Of a stretch of DNA of 64,000 bases, positions 36,452 to 48,359 are shown in pieces; within the stretch, counting starts at the first letter, position 1; each line of letters begins with the position of its first letter. The notes below the pieces were generated by a model, which ran no database searches, was not told where the DNA came from, and worked only from the letters and a program-made list of their open reading frames with translations. The DNA is from Basidiobolus meristosporus CBS 931.73 (taxonomy: Eukaryota; Fungi; Basidiobolomycota), in NCBI GenBank assembly GCA_002104905.1, contig MCFE01000054.1:1-64000 (forward strand). Direction: 5' to 3'. The translations under genes were made by a program, and so were the position numbers.

Positions 36452-38396
36452 TGGAGAGGCAGTAGCGGAAATTGGCTGCGTCTAGGGTTTTGAGGGTCGA
36501 CGTTGTTGTTTATGCTTCGAGAGTTATGGAAATGGCAAAAAATCGGCTTTGAAAGCAATCATTAGCAAGGTGCAGCGGCAGCCCTATATATAGGAAACCA
36601 TTTGTTTATATGTCCATATAAGGGATCATTGCGCGCGAAATCTTAGTCACACTAACCGAGATACCACTCAACATAGCACGAGCTCCATTCGATCCACTGA
36701 TTGGTAGACATATTGTTGGAGCCTTAATCAGCGACTAGCGAATGCTACAATGACTGTCCAGAGAATGGGCAGTAATGCAGCAGTTATTGGGTCGTTGCAA
36801 TAATACATATCCAATAGCGGGACTGTCATTGTTCTCGCGCAGAATATCAATATGAAGTTTCTATAGATGTGGTACAAGGGGGAATTAAATGATCTAGCTG
36901 CTCTTATTCCCTAAGCGCTCTCACCTGATATCATGTGCTCTGATATGCAGACAATTGGTTGGGAGATGCAGCCTAGGATCAAGTACAAATTGGACTGAAG
37001 CAACAGGAGCATCCTTGCATTCAAAGAGACTTTAGTCAAGCACATCGACTTCACAACCATCCTTGGCTATTTTCATAGGCTGTTCCTCTAATACAGGAAT
37101 GGATTTACATGATAGTCGTGAAAGAACTCAATTCTGGAAGCATCGAAGTTGGTATGGCCTAAAGACCTATTGATGCTTGAAACTGGTGAGACAGATCAGC
37201 CTACCAGCCTATCAGAATCCTGTGCAGATCCATGGCTCACTTCCAGCTACCACTCGTGGGACACTACGGATGTGGTGACGTGCATATCATTGTTAATTAT
37301 CCTTGGCAGATCTGACCTATCTAAGTATAATGAGACAACTACGTTATCAGGGACACTTCGAGGAGCATTCCCAATCACTTCCTCCAACATATTGTAAAAA
37401 CCCAACGATCGAGGGATGGGTGAGGATGCTAGTACGAGAAACTGACATTGTTTGGCGCAACCGTAGTGCTTGTCATACATTAAGTATGTACTGACACCGA
37501 TGTGTAGCGTGTGGACATGAGATGTCTGAGGATATCTGCCTATTTGATGAGGATGGCGACCCCTGCCTATTTACTGAGCCTATTTAGACCAATTTGAAGC
37601 TCATATGGACAGGTGTCACTGCGCCATCAGGGTTAACTACAAGCCGTATAAGCATACCAAGTAATCAGGGGAAACTAAAGATACACACTTATACTAGACC
37701 CTCTGTTTGAGAGACTCACCATCCCTTCAATGATGGCTGGTTTCTGTAGCATTTGGTGTTATCTGTATGAAATTGCCTACCATCGGCCTCGGATAACCAA
37801 CAAATTGATATACTAATCAGGCAATGGTACGACCCCAGCTTCCTTCACGTTGTGCTCCCTAAAAAAGATGTACATAATACTACCCACACCAATCCCCACA
37901 TCAGCAACCACCATGACAAACACAGCCATACCCAGGTAGAGCTTGGCGATGTATATGATTCCCCTGAACTTGAATCATACTCAAGATCCGTACTCCAGAT
38001 TGTTTGACCTTGTCCGTAGACCCACTGGTACTTGGCCGATTCTTAAGTTCTTTGGGCTGTTATTCTGCTGTTTAGGATGTGGAAAGGGAAAATGGGCTAA
38101 AGAGGGTATAATAATGAGAATGGGGGACATAAAAGCATAACCATTGTGGTCGCCATGAGAAGAGAGCATAACAATGAAGGGCACTGAGATTTCTGTTAAA
38201 ATAGGAAGGAAATTTTGGATTGATGGTAAGAATATTGTATATATTGGGATACCACACTTCGTATTGATCATGAGCTTTAATACAGAAATGAATTTTACCT
38301 ATCTTGACATGTGTAGTAATGGGAAAGAAGAGCACTACTAGAGGTTTTTACACATGCATCAATGCTCTTGGTGGTTGGTGGATTACGCTAGGTTGT

Positions 38397-38993
38397 TCAA
38401 TCAGATGGCATCCATATTTCAGTATCGCTATTTACAGCATCCATTACTTGATTATAGTTTCCTTTGATCGGCGGCAATGGTGGAAGCCCAACTGCCGGTG
38501 AATATCCATCCTGGGGAAAATTGCCATCGTCCGTTTGAATGATGGAGTACTCCGAGGAATCCCACTGACTAGAATCCTTAGTACTTGTTTCGGTGACTGG
38601 CACAGAGCTTTCTGAACACCAGGATTGGATGGAGTTGGTTTTGTGTGGTTGTGCTAGCTTTGATGGGGCAAGTCGAGCGTTTTGGCCGTCGTCGGCTGTG
38701 GTGGGAAGGGGCCTTTGTTGGATCAGAAAGTCAATGAAGTCATCATGCACCTCCAACCATTGGCTTGAGGCTTCGCAGTATTCTAATTGAAAATCATCCA
38801 GGACCTCTTCTATTAGGCTTCGTGGATATTCACTGGTAAAACGCTCTTTCGATAACGTGCTGAGCATCTCGATATCCAGGTCATTCATATGCAGCTGCTT
38901 TCGCTCATTGAGTTGTGGATATCGCAGCTGCAGGGTGGTATGGAAGTGCTGATATAGATGTCTTCTCTTTGAAATATAAAACTCTGGTAACAT
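38397..38993 (-). CDS. Hypothetical protein (198 aa; helical acidic N-terminal half, low-complexity S/T/D tail)
   Basis: ATG-initiated 198-codon ORF with protein-like composition; no family recognised. Confidence 0.45.
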   Translation of the reverse strand: MLPEFYISKRRHLYQHFHTTLQLRYPQLNERKQLHMNDLDIEMLSTLSKERFTSEYPRSLIEEVLDDFQLEYCEASSQWLEVHDDFIDFLIQQRPLPTTADDGQNARLAPSKLAQPHKTNSIQSWCSESSVPVTETSTKDSSQWDSSEYSIIQTDDGNFPQDGYSPAVGLPPLPPIKGNYNQVMDAVNSDTEIWMPSD

Positions 38994-40448
38994 GCTTGGA
39001 AATGTTGGTAATGAAGGGTAGGGATATTGTAATGAGAAGGGGAAACTGTACAGACTGGTATGTAGCCCTCAGAGCGTGAATGGAAGGCTTCAACTCTAAA
39101 TCAAAAATACTCGAGTCAAGCGCTCTAAATATTGAAGTATAAAGAAGAAAAAGATTCTTCATTCACCGTGAAATGAAAACCTAATTCAAAAGAGAATAGT
39201 CAAGTGCAGGTCTGGATGGTAGATAATAAAGACCAGGGGTAAAGCTCGGGGCCATAGAGATTAGTCCAAGATTGGCGTCGAAAAGTTAATCAAAGCGATT
39301 GACCAGTTGGAATGGTGGGAATCCGAGACTGGGGAGGACAAGTCTTTTGACTGAGTAGAGCGTGCTTCAATCGGTCAAAGGATCTTTTTTTACTGCATGC
39401 TATAGCAAATGATCATTTCACTGCACTCCAATATGAGCCGACACTTACTCTCGAAAAGGCCAATCAACCCAGAAATTTAGATGAATTAATTAATGAACCA
39501 TGTCAGCATCTATTCGGCATCGAGATGACTTCCCGAAAAAACAGCACTTCATTGAAACGCTACCTTACATGGGTAAAGTCTCCGAGAGCCTTCGAGTGGA
39601 TTTGTTTCGATGGGAAGCACCGAAATGCCTCTAGATGCCAAATTGATTCAGGTCAGTAGATGAGCGGGATAAGCTGCCATTGGGAAGCTGCCAAACGCTA
39701 TGTGTAATTAATTAATATCGGATATCGCCTATATTGAGGACTTCCATGTATCGTCCAATATTTGGTGGTGAAGGTTGTCACTCTAAGAATCCGTCATGGA
39801 TATTAAATCACAAATAGAGACATAACCAGCATGAGGGATTGGATCGCCGGCAATTTCATTAAAAGCATCTACCAATACTGGTGTTGTCGCTCAATGTTGA
39901 TCAGATAATGGTTAGCCTGTGAATCATGAACTTGTAGCTGTGCCTAAATATATCTAGCTGCTACGTCCTCATGGCACATACATACAATCTTGTCAACAGT
40001 TCGATTCGCAGGCAGATTGATGCCATTTCGGAGTGGGTAAATTAGCTCCGGGGACTCCTTATCACATGGAGCATGTGATGGATCCTTATCAATGTTGATA
40101 ACCTTTATTTTATCAGTGTCCAAACACTCTCCAGTAAGCTCTCTCTACAGACCCCGCCTCAACGGCAAGCCAATGCTATGACTAAAGCAGTAGCTTACCA
40201 TCGCCGGGTAAATCACCACACGAATACACCCCACCTGGTTGACCTTACAATGAGGGCTGACCGACTGCACTGAGTTCGCCTGGCATTTTGGATAGATTAG
40301 GAATACATGTTGAATTTCTCTTCTTCCTCGAACCGTGTGCTTTGACTACTGTTAGTTTATTTGAATTCACCACTACTCATGAAATCTCAAGTTACTAAAA
40401 GGACTGCTTACGGCTGTTGAGCCATTTTGAGCACTGGTTCTGCTGGGC

Positions 40449-41546
40449 TCAGCACTCGACCTTGCTATTATAGAAAGGATAATCGGTATATCCAACAGGT
40501 CCAGGAGTATAGAATGTATCCCTATTATAGGGGTTTAGCTTCCAATCATTTCTAATTCGTTCAGGTAAATCCGGATTGGAAATAAATCGTCGGCCGAAAG
40601 CAATAAGTGACCCGGTCTTCTCGGAACCAGCAATGGCGGATTCTGGCGTGTACCCTCCAGCGACAATGAATGGTCCTTTCCAGATATTCCGGAATGGATC
40701 CAACGAGAGTGATTCGTCTTCCTGGGTGTCGATATTGCCAGAAATTCGTGCTTCTACAAAATGAAGATACGACATGTTCGGATACTTCTGTTGGATCTGG
40801 GTGGTCAGGTAGGCGAATGTCTTCACTGGCGATTCATCATCCATATCTTGGAATGAACTGTAAGGTGAGAATCGGATTCCAGTCCTGTCTTGTCCGATGG
40901 CATTAGTGACACTATCGATAACTTCAAGTGCCAGTCTGCACCTATTCTCGATTGACCCACCGTACTTGTCTGTACGTTTGTTACTATTAGAGTTGATGAA
41001 TTGGTCAATCAAGTATCCGTTGGCACCATGGATTTCGACACCATCGAATCCTGCATCAATAGCATTAAGAGCGGCCTGTTTGTATTCCTGTACGATTTTT
41101 GGTATTTCCTCCAACTCCAATGCTCTTGGCGTCTCATAAGGAACCCCGGGTGAGGCTTCACCTTCAATAGCTATACTCGATGCTGATACCGGACTCTGGT
41201 GGTTTGGCAAAAATTTGCTACTTGCTGCCCTACCCAGAAACCAGAGCTGTAGATAAATCACGCCACCGTTCTTATGTACTTGAGTCGTCACCTTCCGCCA
41301 ACCCTCAATTTGGGCGGAAGTATGGATACCAGGGACATTTGCGTAACCCCCACCGTTGGGAGAAATAAAGGTGGCTTCAGTTATCAGCAGCCCCCCTTTT
41401 GTGGCACGTTGCTCATAATATGATGCACCGATATCTTGTGGAACCCCATTCTCGTCTGCTCGGAAGCGTGTTAATGGGGCAAGAACAACTCGGTGCTCTA
41501 GCTTGTTGCGGCCTAGTTGGATGGGCTCAAAGAGTTTGATTGTCAT
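40449..41546 (-). CDS. Old yellow enzyme / NADH:flavin oxidoreductase, intronless
   Basis: HRVVLAPLTRFRA, GLLITEAT, GFDGVEIHGANGYLIDQF (catalytic H-x-x-N-x-Y), DKYGGSIENRCR, IAFGRRFISNPDL. Confidence 0.95.
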   Translation of the reverse strand: MTIKLFEPIQLGRNKLEHRVVLAPLTRFRADENGVPQDIGASYYEQRATKGGLLITEATFISPNGGGYANVPGIHTSAQIEGWRKVTTQVHKNGGVIYLQLWFLGRAASSKFLPNHQSPVSASSIAIEGEASPGVPYETPRALELEEIPKIVQEYKQAALNAIDAGFDGVEIHGANGYLIDQFINSNSNKRTDKYGGSIENRCRLALEVIDSVTNAIGQDRTGIRFSPYSSFQDMDDESPVKTFAYLTTQIQQKYPNMSYLHFVEARISGNIDTQEDESLSLDPFRNIWKGPFIVAGGYTPESAIAGSEKTGSLIAFGRRFISNPDLPERIRNDWKLNPYNRDTFYTPGPVGYTDYPFYNSKVEC

Positions 41547-42093
41547 AATAAATACGTGTGCTTGGAGATGCCCCAGCCTGTACTCAGATCTATATATACA
41601 TAGAGCTCGCTTTACAATTAGTAATGGACAATGCTACGTAGAAAGCGAAGGTTTTGGATCATGGAATTTTAGTGGATTGTTGGGTGATTATTAATTCAAC
41701 ACGCAACGACCTGGATATTAGTAATGGTTGGTGCTGGTTATTTTCCTTATCCACTAGGACGCGCGCGATTAATTGGCAATTTCTCCTCGGTGTGATGCCA
41801 TCTGAGTGCATCTCTGGTTAGTCGTCTAGACAGTTCTCTATCAATCGAACATTGAAGCGCAATCTTCATGGCATTAAGGTGAGCTTCACGCGTGAATACT
41901 GCCAGTGGTGAGCTCAGCAAGGGCTTTGTACCGGAAACCAACTCACTATTGGCGCACGATATAGTTTATTTCACGGCAATTACTATCTACTTCGATGTGA
42001 AGAACACACCAGAACATGATTATGAGGTTTATGAATGCAAGGATGTTGGGACCCTGTAGTCCAGTAAAACAAAAAGCATGAAATGCTCGGGAT

Positions 42094-42879
42094 TCAAGTT
42101 TGTGAAATGAGAGAGTATATATCCACGAGATTTGAGGTGCCTATTTGGGTGGAGACCGGATGGATGCTGGCTTTATCATAAATACTCCTGGATTTCGTCG
42201 GGGGCAGACGTGGAGATACAGCAGGTGAAGAATTGAGGAACGCTTTCCAGTGGTATCTATTGCTCATGAAATCCTCACGCGAAGTGATTCCTTGATACCT
42301 GTACGCCAGTTCACCCACTATCTCCTTATTCCAATAATGGCCCAGAAGTTGTAGCCAAAGCAAAAACTCCTTCTCTGTCACATGAAGTCTGAAGTTAAGC
42401 CCTTTCAAGAATTCCTTTTCGATGCGGTTGATCTCTTTCAACGGGATCCTACTGACGCTCGCCCAGCTTTGATTAGTGAAGGTGGAGTCGTCCAGGTATT
42501 TGTTGGCTAGTATTAGGCCGACGGTGAATACGAAGTATTCAGAGCCAGGGGTTTCGGTTGCGAGCCCATGTTGATTTTTCAACCGGTACACATAATATAG
42601 CGCCAGTATCGCCACGTAGAACGACACCTCGGTCGTGAAAAAAACTGTGTTGCAAAAGCTCTTGAATTTTGCATTGCTGGTAGAGCAGGAAAACGTATTC
42701 AAAGCACTGTTCCACATATAGCTTACCATGTCGCCTGCAAATCCGGATAGCCTAGCTCGGTTGATATCAGGAAGATACTCTACGATTCGGCGTTTGATGG
42801 CACAATCGTGTTCCAGAGTACTTGTGCTATAGACATGCTGATGACCTGGGTGCACAATCGATGATACCTTTGAGACCAT
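42094..42879 (-). CDS. Pcl/Clg1-like Pho85 cyclin
   Basis: VAILALYYVYRL, VFTVGLILANKYLDDSTFTNQSWASVSRIPLKEINRIEKEFLKGLNFRLHV. Confidence 0.85.
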   Translation of the reverse strand: MVSKVSSIVHPGHQHVYSTSTLEHDCAIKRRIVEYLPDINRARLSGFAGDMVSYMWNSALNTFSCSTSNAKFKSFCNTVFFTTEVSFYVAILALYYVYRLKNQHGLATETPGSEYFVFTVGLILANKYLDDSTFTNQSWASVSRIPLKEINRIEKEFLKGLNFRLHVTEKEFLLWLQLLGHYWNKEIVGELAYRYQGITSREDFMSNRYHWKAFLNSSPAVSPRLPPTKSRSIYDKASIHPVSTQIGTSNLVDIYSLISQT

Positions 42880-43993
42880 TATACATAGAAGCCCAATTTA
42901 AGGAAGAGCGCTATCCAGAATATAGCACAGGGTTTGGGTGCTTGAGTGGGTAAACTAGAGAATTTCAAGTATCCCGTGTGGGGCGTTAGGGAGCAGTTAT
43001 TAGAGGGATGAGGCATGGATCGGTCGTTATTGTTGTTCAATAAAAAGGTTAAATAGCTGGTGAAACAAATGCTGCCTGACCAATAAATGATTTTATCTGA
43101 GCAGTAAATAAACAGCAAGACTAACGTGAGACTATTGTAAAATGAAGGCAACATGACTTTAGCATCTTGCATTATGAAACCATCAGCTCACAATCCAAAG
43201 TGCATACACATCTAAATATGACTCTCAATGCGGTAATCTCCTGTAGACTCTGGAACACAATTGATTATCTAAGATATCTTTTACACCCGCAGAATCTACC
43301 TAGATGTCCCGATATAATAATGCTTCGTTCAGCTCACTGTGTTCTGTCCACGAGTACAAAACTGCTAAGCCAATTAGCCGAGAAGGCGATGATTTCGCCA
43401 ATTGGTGATAGAGAGGACTGGCAACACATCAGTTTCTTCCTATGGGCTACCATCGCAGCAGGAGTCAACATCGGCTGGAGTGAATGAATACGCCTGTTTC
43501 CAATAGTATCACGGGGATCACAGCCTTCCATACATCGATACTCTCAAAGCTTGGAATTCGCTTTTGCAGCAGCTTATTGGGATGCTACTTCCAATGTAAC
43601 TCCTGCAACCGCTCAGCAGCAAATGATCATAGAACAAATGTTTACCTGAAACAATTCATATACCCAACCGCGAGGTCACCTGATTGACAGTGGGTAGAGC
43701 GGTGATTTTGGGACATTCCTTGTTAATAACCCAAATGGATCAATTTAGGCAATTCTTTAAATCAGGCATATACTCACTTATGAAAGGCAGTCTAAAATCC
43801 GTTTGGGGATTCCATGGCGTTACTTCAACATAAATTGGCTAGATTGTCCTATCAGGGGCAAGAGGCAAATATCCTGGAGGTGGGTTGGATCCTAAGGAGC
43901 TGTGCGCCAACTCATTTTATGATGCCAAATTAACCCAGGTTTGCTTACAGTTGTCTTGCCGCTACTCCATGCAAAGTGAACCCTACTACCAGT

Positions 43994-45886
43994 ATGCCTC
44001 CACTGATTAGAAGATTTCTGTTTCTAGTACTAGTAATACTATGTTTCCTCTTTTTCTTGTCCCTACAAATCCCTTCCCCCAAAGGGATGTCCTTCGTATA
44101 TAACCTAGGAGGCCAACATTCCCACATCACTATTCTGCATACCAACGATCTGCACGCTCACTATCAGGAGATCAATATCGATGGAAAAGATTGTACGGAA
44201 ACCGAGCGTACTGCCAACGGGTGTCTTGGTGGTATAGGGAGGTTGGCTAGTATGGTGAAGCAATGGCGGGAGAAGGTTCCGGACCTATTGCTTTTGGATG
44301 CTGGGGATCAGTTCCAAGGGTCTATCTTTTACAACGTATTTAAGGGAGACCTGGTTGCCAGAGTTATGAACGAGCTTCGATACGATTTAATGGTATATAG
44401 CAGTGTTCATACATCCGCGAATGCATTTCCCATTTAAACAATGGCTAAGGTTATTGATCATATAGGTTTTGGGGAACCATGAATTTGACGATGGCCCAGA
44501 GGCACTGGCGGATTTCATTGAGAAAGTAAATTTCCCCGTCATTTGTGCCAACTGCGTGGCTGAGAAAAGTCCACGCCTTAACGCTCTGGTAAGGTTCACA
44601 ACAACATAGAGTATTTGCTCTACACGGAATGAGTAAATCCGTGGCATACCCAGACTCATAATTTCCCTATAATAGCTCAAACCCTATCATATCTTTCCTT
44701 CGCAACATCTTGCGGTGATCGGATATGTGAAAAATGTCACCGGCAGTATATCTAATGCTGGCCCTACAATGGCGTTCACAGACCCGATATCCACGGTTCA
44801 GAAATACGTCAATTACTTGAGAAACGAGCTGGGAATCCAAAGAGTGATTGCTTTGAGCCATAATGGATACGTAGACGACCTATACCTGGCCTCGAACATA
44901 CGCGGATTGGATGCAATTGTTGGCGGCCACAGTCATACATATCTAACTAGTGACAAGCATGATCAGAATTTCAAATACGCCAAAGGAGCTTATCCAACTA
45001 TAGTCAAGGACTTGGATGATCATGATGTGTATGTCGTTCAGGTAAGCATATCACATATTCCAATTTGGATGCATCTGCTCCAGCCCTCTTACCAAATCCA
45101 TTCTAGGCTTGGGCTTGGGGCCGTTACCTTGGACACATAGATCTGTCTTACGATTCCGGTGGTGGATTAACGAGACTGGGTGGTGCACCCAAGTTCTTGG
45201 ATGGAGAAATTGAAAAAGACGCCGATATGGAGGGAATCTTAAGCACACACAGCCAGAAAATTCATGAGATCGAAAGTGAAGTGATCGGTTATGCCACAGA
45301 TGCATTCTCCCATCGTGGGTGCATGTCGCATGAGTGTCAGATTGGAAATCTAGTAGCTGACGCCATGCTCGCCTACCAAGAAGAGCGAGGAGCAGAGGCG
45401 GCAATCATCAATACGGGCGCAATTCGCGGTGAGCTTTTCAAAGGAAACATCACCATGAAAGACATCATGGTCATGCTGCCATTTGGGGACAACATTGTGC
45501 AGGTTACAATGTATGGTCAAGAGATTCGAGACTTTGTGGAAACCTACCTGTCCTTGAGAAGCGTTGCCTCCGGAGAGAAAATCAAGGGATTTTTGCAGGT
45601 GGCTGGGCTGCGCATCACTGTCGATAAAAAGGCCGCCGAATTCAACAGGTTATATAAGCTAGAGATTTGGAATAGCACCCAAAAGCAATACAATCTAGTG
45701 CTGGACAGGAAACGATATCAGATCGTAACTGGCAATTTCTTGGCGAATGGAGGAGACCGGATCATCAAGCCTATTCCAGACGTTACTCTGATAGAGGATA
45801 TCAGCAATGTATTGGTGCATTATATAAGATCCCGCTCTCCGTTGACACCTTCCATTGATGGAAGAATCAAATTCCTAAGGAATTGA
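43994..45886 (+). CDS. 5'-nucleotidase (UshA/NT5E-type metallophosphoesterase plus C-terminal domain), 4 exons
   Basis: ILHTNDLHAH, LLLDAGDQFQG, LGNHEFD, LSHNG, VGGHSH, IGNLVADAM, INTGAIRG, LPFGDNI, NFLANGGD. Introns 44393-44465, ~44589-44675, ~45042-45106. N-terminal hydrophobic signal or anchor. Confidence 0.92.
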
Positions 45887-46163
45887 TGTTACGCATGTAT
45901 ATCCAGGTCTTGAAGCCATCCGTCAATGTAAGCAACTTCCCTTTTCTACAAACCCCGCTTTATTTCGTATTCCATAAACGTCCAAATAAAATCCACGAAT
46001 ATCCCCATTTTCCCTATTCGCTTGGCTTTCGAAGACTTTGGTTAGATGGACTGGCTACATCTTTGATACCATGCCACATAGCAAGCGTCAAGTGTGCAAT
46101 ATAGCACACCAAGATTTATTCCAATAGATTGGTAAAAATGGTACACGTATACAAGCCAAACCA

Positions 46164-47583
46164 TCAATCGGCCTTGACCAGTTTGACCTTGTCGGTCCCA
46201 AATTTGCGGGTAAATATCAAATCCTGATAGTTTAATACAAAACGTTAGTGTGTTTTCTCTCCCACCGATGTATGTTGGCGATGCTCACCTTGACCCAAAC
46301 AGGTAGCCAGTTGAGTATGCTCATAAGTGCAACGTTGGTTCCGTATGCAAAGTACGATGGAGGATTCGGGCGCAGAATAGCTTCGACGGTAGCTCGAGCA
46401 AATTCTTCTGTAGAGGTTGCGCCGGCTAGTGATTCCGCGAATGTAAGAAACTCCAAGCTCATACTGGGACATGTGCGAAATGTCGCGTATTTACCTTGTG
46501 ATAGATTCTGCCTCGCCTCGATATACTTGCGAACCGAAGTGTAGTACGAGTCTGTTGATAAGTGCAGTCAGTGTTGTTTAGTCAACATTGTGATAGTCAT
46601 GAGAGCTACCTTCGCTCAATTGGGATGTTTGCTTTAGGCTGTGATTGTGGGAGATGTTAGACTTGATTGCTCCCGGAGTGACTACGGTTACATCGATTCC
46701 GAACGGCTTGAGTTCCAGTCGAAGAGAATCGGACAATGAATGCAATGCCGCCTTGGTGGAGCAATAGACACCTGGGGAATATATGTGAAAACGAGGCTTC
46801 CGAGACGAATGAGTGTCTTATGGTTATTATATACCTGCCCATGGTGTAGCATGATAGCCCACCACGCTACCGACATTGACAATCTGTCCATGACCATTCT
46901 TGATCATATGTGGGGCAACAATTTGGCACAAGCGGATCACACCAAAAACATTGGTTTCGTAAACCGATTTAACTTGCTCTATATCGAATTCAATCAATGG
47001 GCCATACCCACCAACTCCGGCGTTGTTCACCAGTATATCTGTCGGGCAATATTGTTGGATTTTCAACTGTGCATGAGCTAAAGGCTTCAACGCCAACCAA
47101 GCTTACCAATACGTCCGAAACGACTGATCACGTTCTATTGTTTCTTATTAGCAATGACGTAGGGGAAAGATGAATTCCTCCAGGGTACCTCAATGGCTTC
47201 TTTGACGGAAGCCTCATCAACGACGTCCATGCGGACTCTTTCAATGCCGAACTCTACCATAGTTTCTATCAGAATATGACGAGCGTGTGTTATCCATACG
47301 TCTTTTCAGGACTAACCCTCTAAGCCTTCCATCGCCTCTACTTTTCTGGCCGAGGCGATCACTTTGCATTTACGCTGACATTGACAGGTTGTATACGCGT
47401 TAGTGTCACTCGTAGAACATATTGCTAACATACATACTCTGGCAAACTCTTGGCATAATTCGTAGCCTTGAGGAAAGAGGGTAGATGTCGTTTCGTACTG
47501 TGAAGCGCTGTTTTCAACTTACCTATACCACCTTTAGAGCACCCGGTAACAAATACTATCTTTTGGTTCGCTGTATTGGACAT
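46164..47583 (-). CDS. Short-chain dehydrogenase/reductase, Ayr1 (1-acyl-DHAP reductase)-like, 10 exons
   Basis: Spliced product [21 protein letters not shown]...DILVNNAG...NVGS...[24 protein letters not shown]...; nine short GT-AG introns all join in frame. Confidence 0.9.
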
Positions 47584-48359
47584 TTTCTGTTACGATACTG
47601 TACTTGGATGAAGTTCAAACGTGGTGATGAATTTAAATACAAGGGAATCGCATTACCGAAGAATTTCTCGAATCAATGCTGCTTTGCAATCATCAATTGG
47701 CAGAGTCGTACAGAGAAATCACGATGAAATACCACGCAATACGAGCATGTGATGACGATGATATGTACACTTCTACAATCCACCTTTCCTGAATACATCC
47801 CTCCTGATTGCAATGGAGATATGGTGATTTGCGAGCGGTCAAAATCGATTGGAGATTAGGTGAGCTTGATGTTGAAATATTGGACTATTTGGTATCATTC
47901 TGCAGCTTAAAATTTGCTTAACAATTCTACACTAGTCTTAGTCATTATAGGGCTCATTTGCAGTCTTAACCTTGCCACTTTCTTCAGATCTATGATCCTA
48001 TGATTATTCCCCTATTCAAGATCAAATTAGTGCTTTTATCAAACATTATGTGCTAACCCTAAAACTGTTACAGTATGCCCCTGAATATTAGGAAGCACTC
48101 CAAGCACAGTGTTACAGCTGTATTACACATACAAAGGTATAAATACTGAACTACTTTCTGAATAAACCACAGTTAAACCATTATCACTATGTCTTGTTAA
48201 GTCCTTCCTATCCAGTTACTTCTCTAATTCCAAGATCTTATGACCCTTGTTGCCTAAATATATTTTAGAGATGACTTCAATTACCAAACTGAACAACATG
48301 AACATCTTCCCTGTAAAGAGTGATTTGATGGGTAGAATTACAGACCCTGGAGAATCAAG

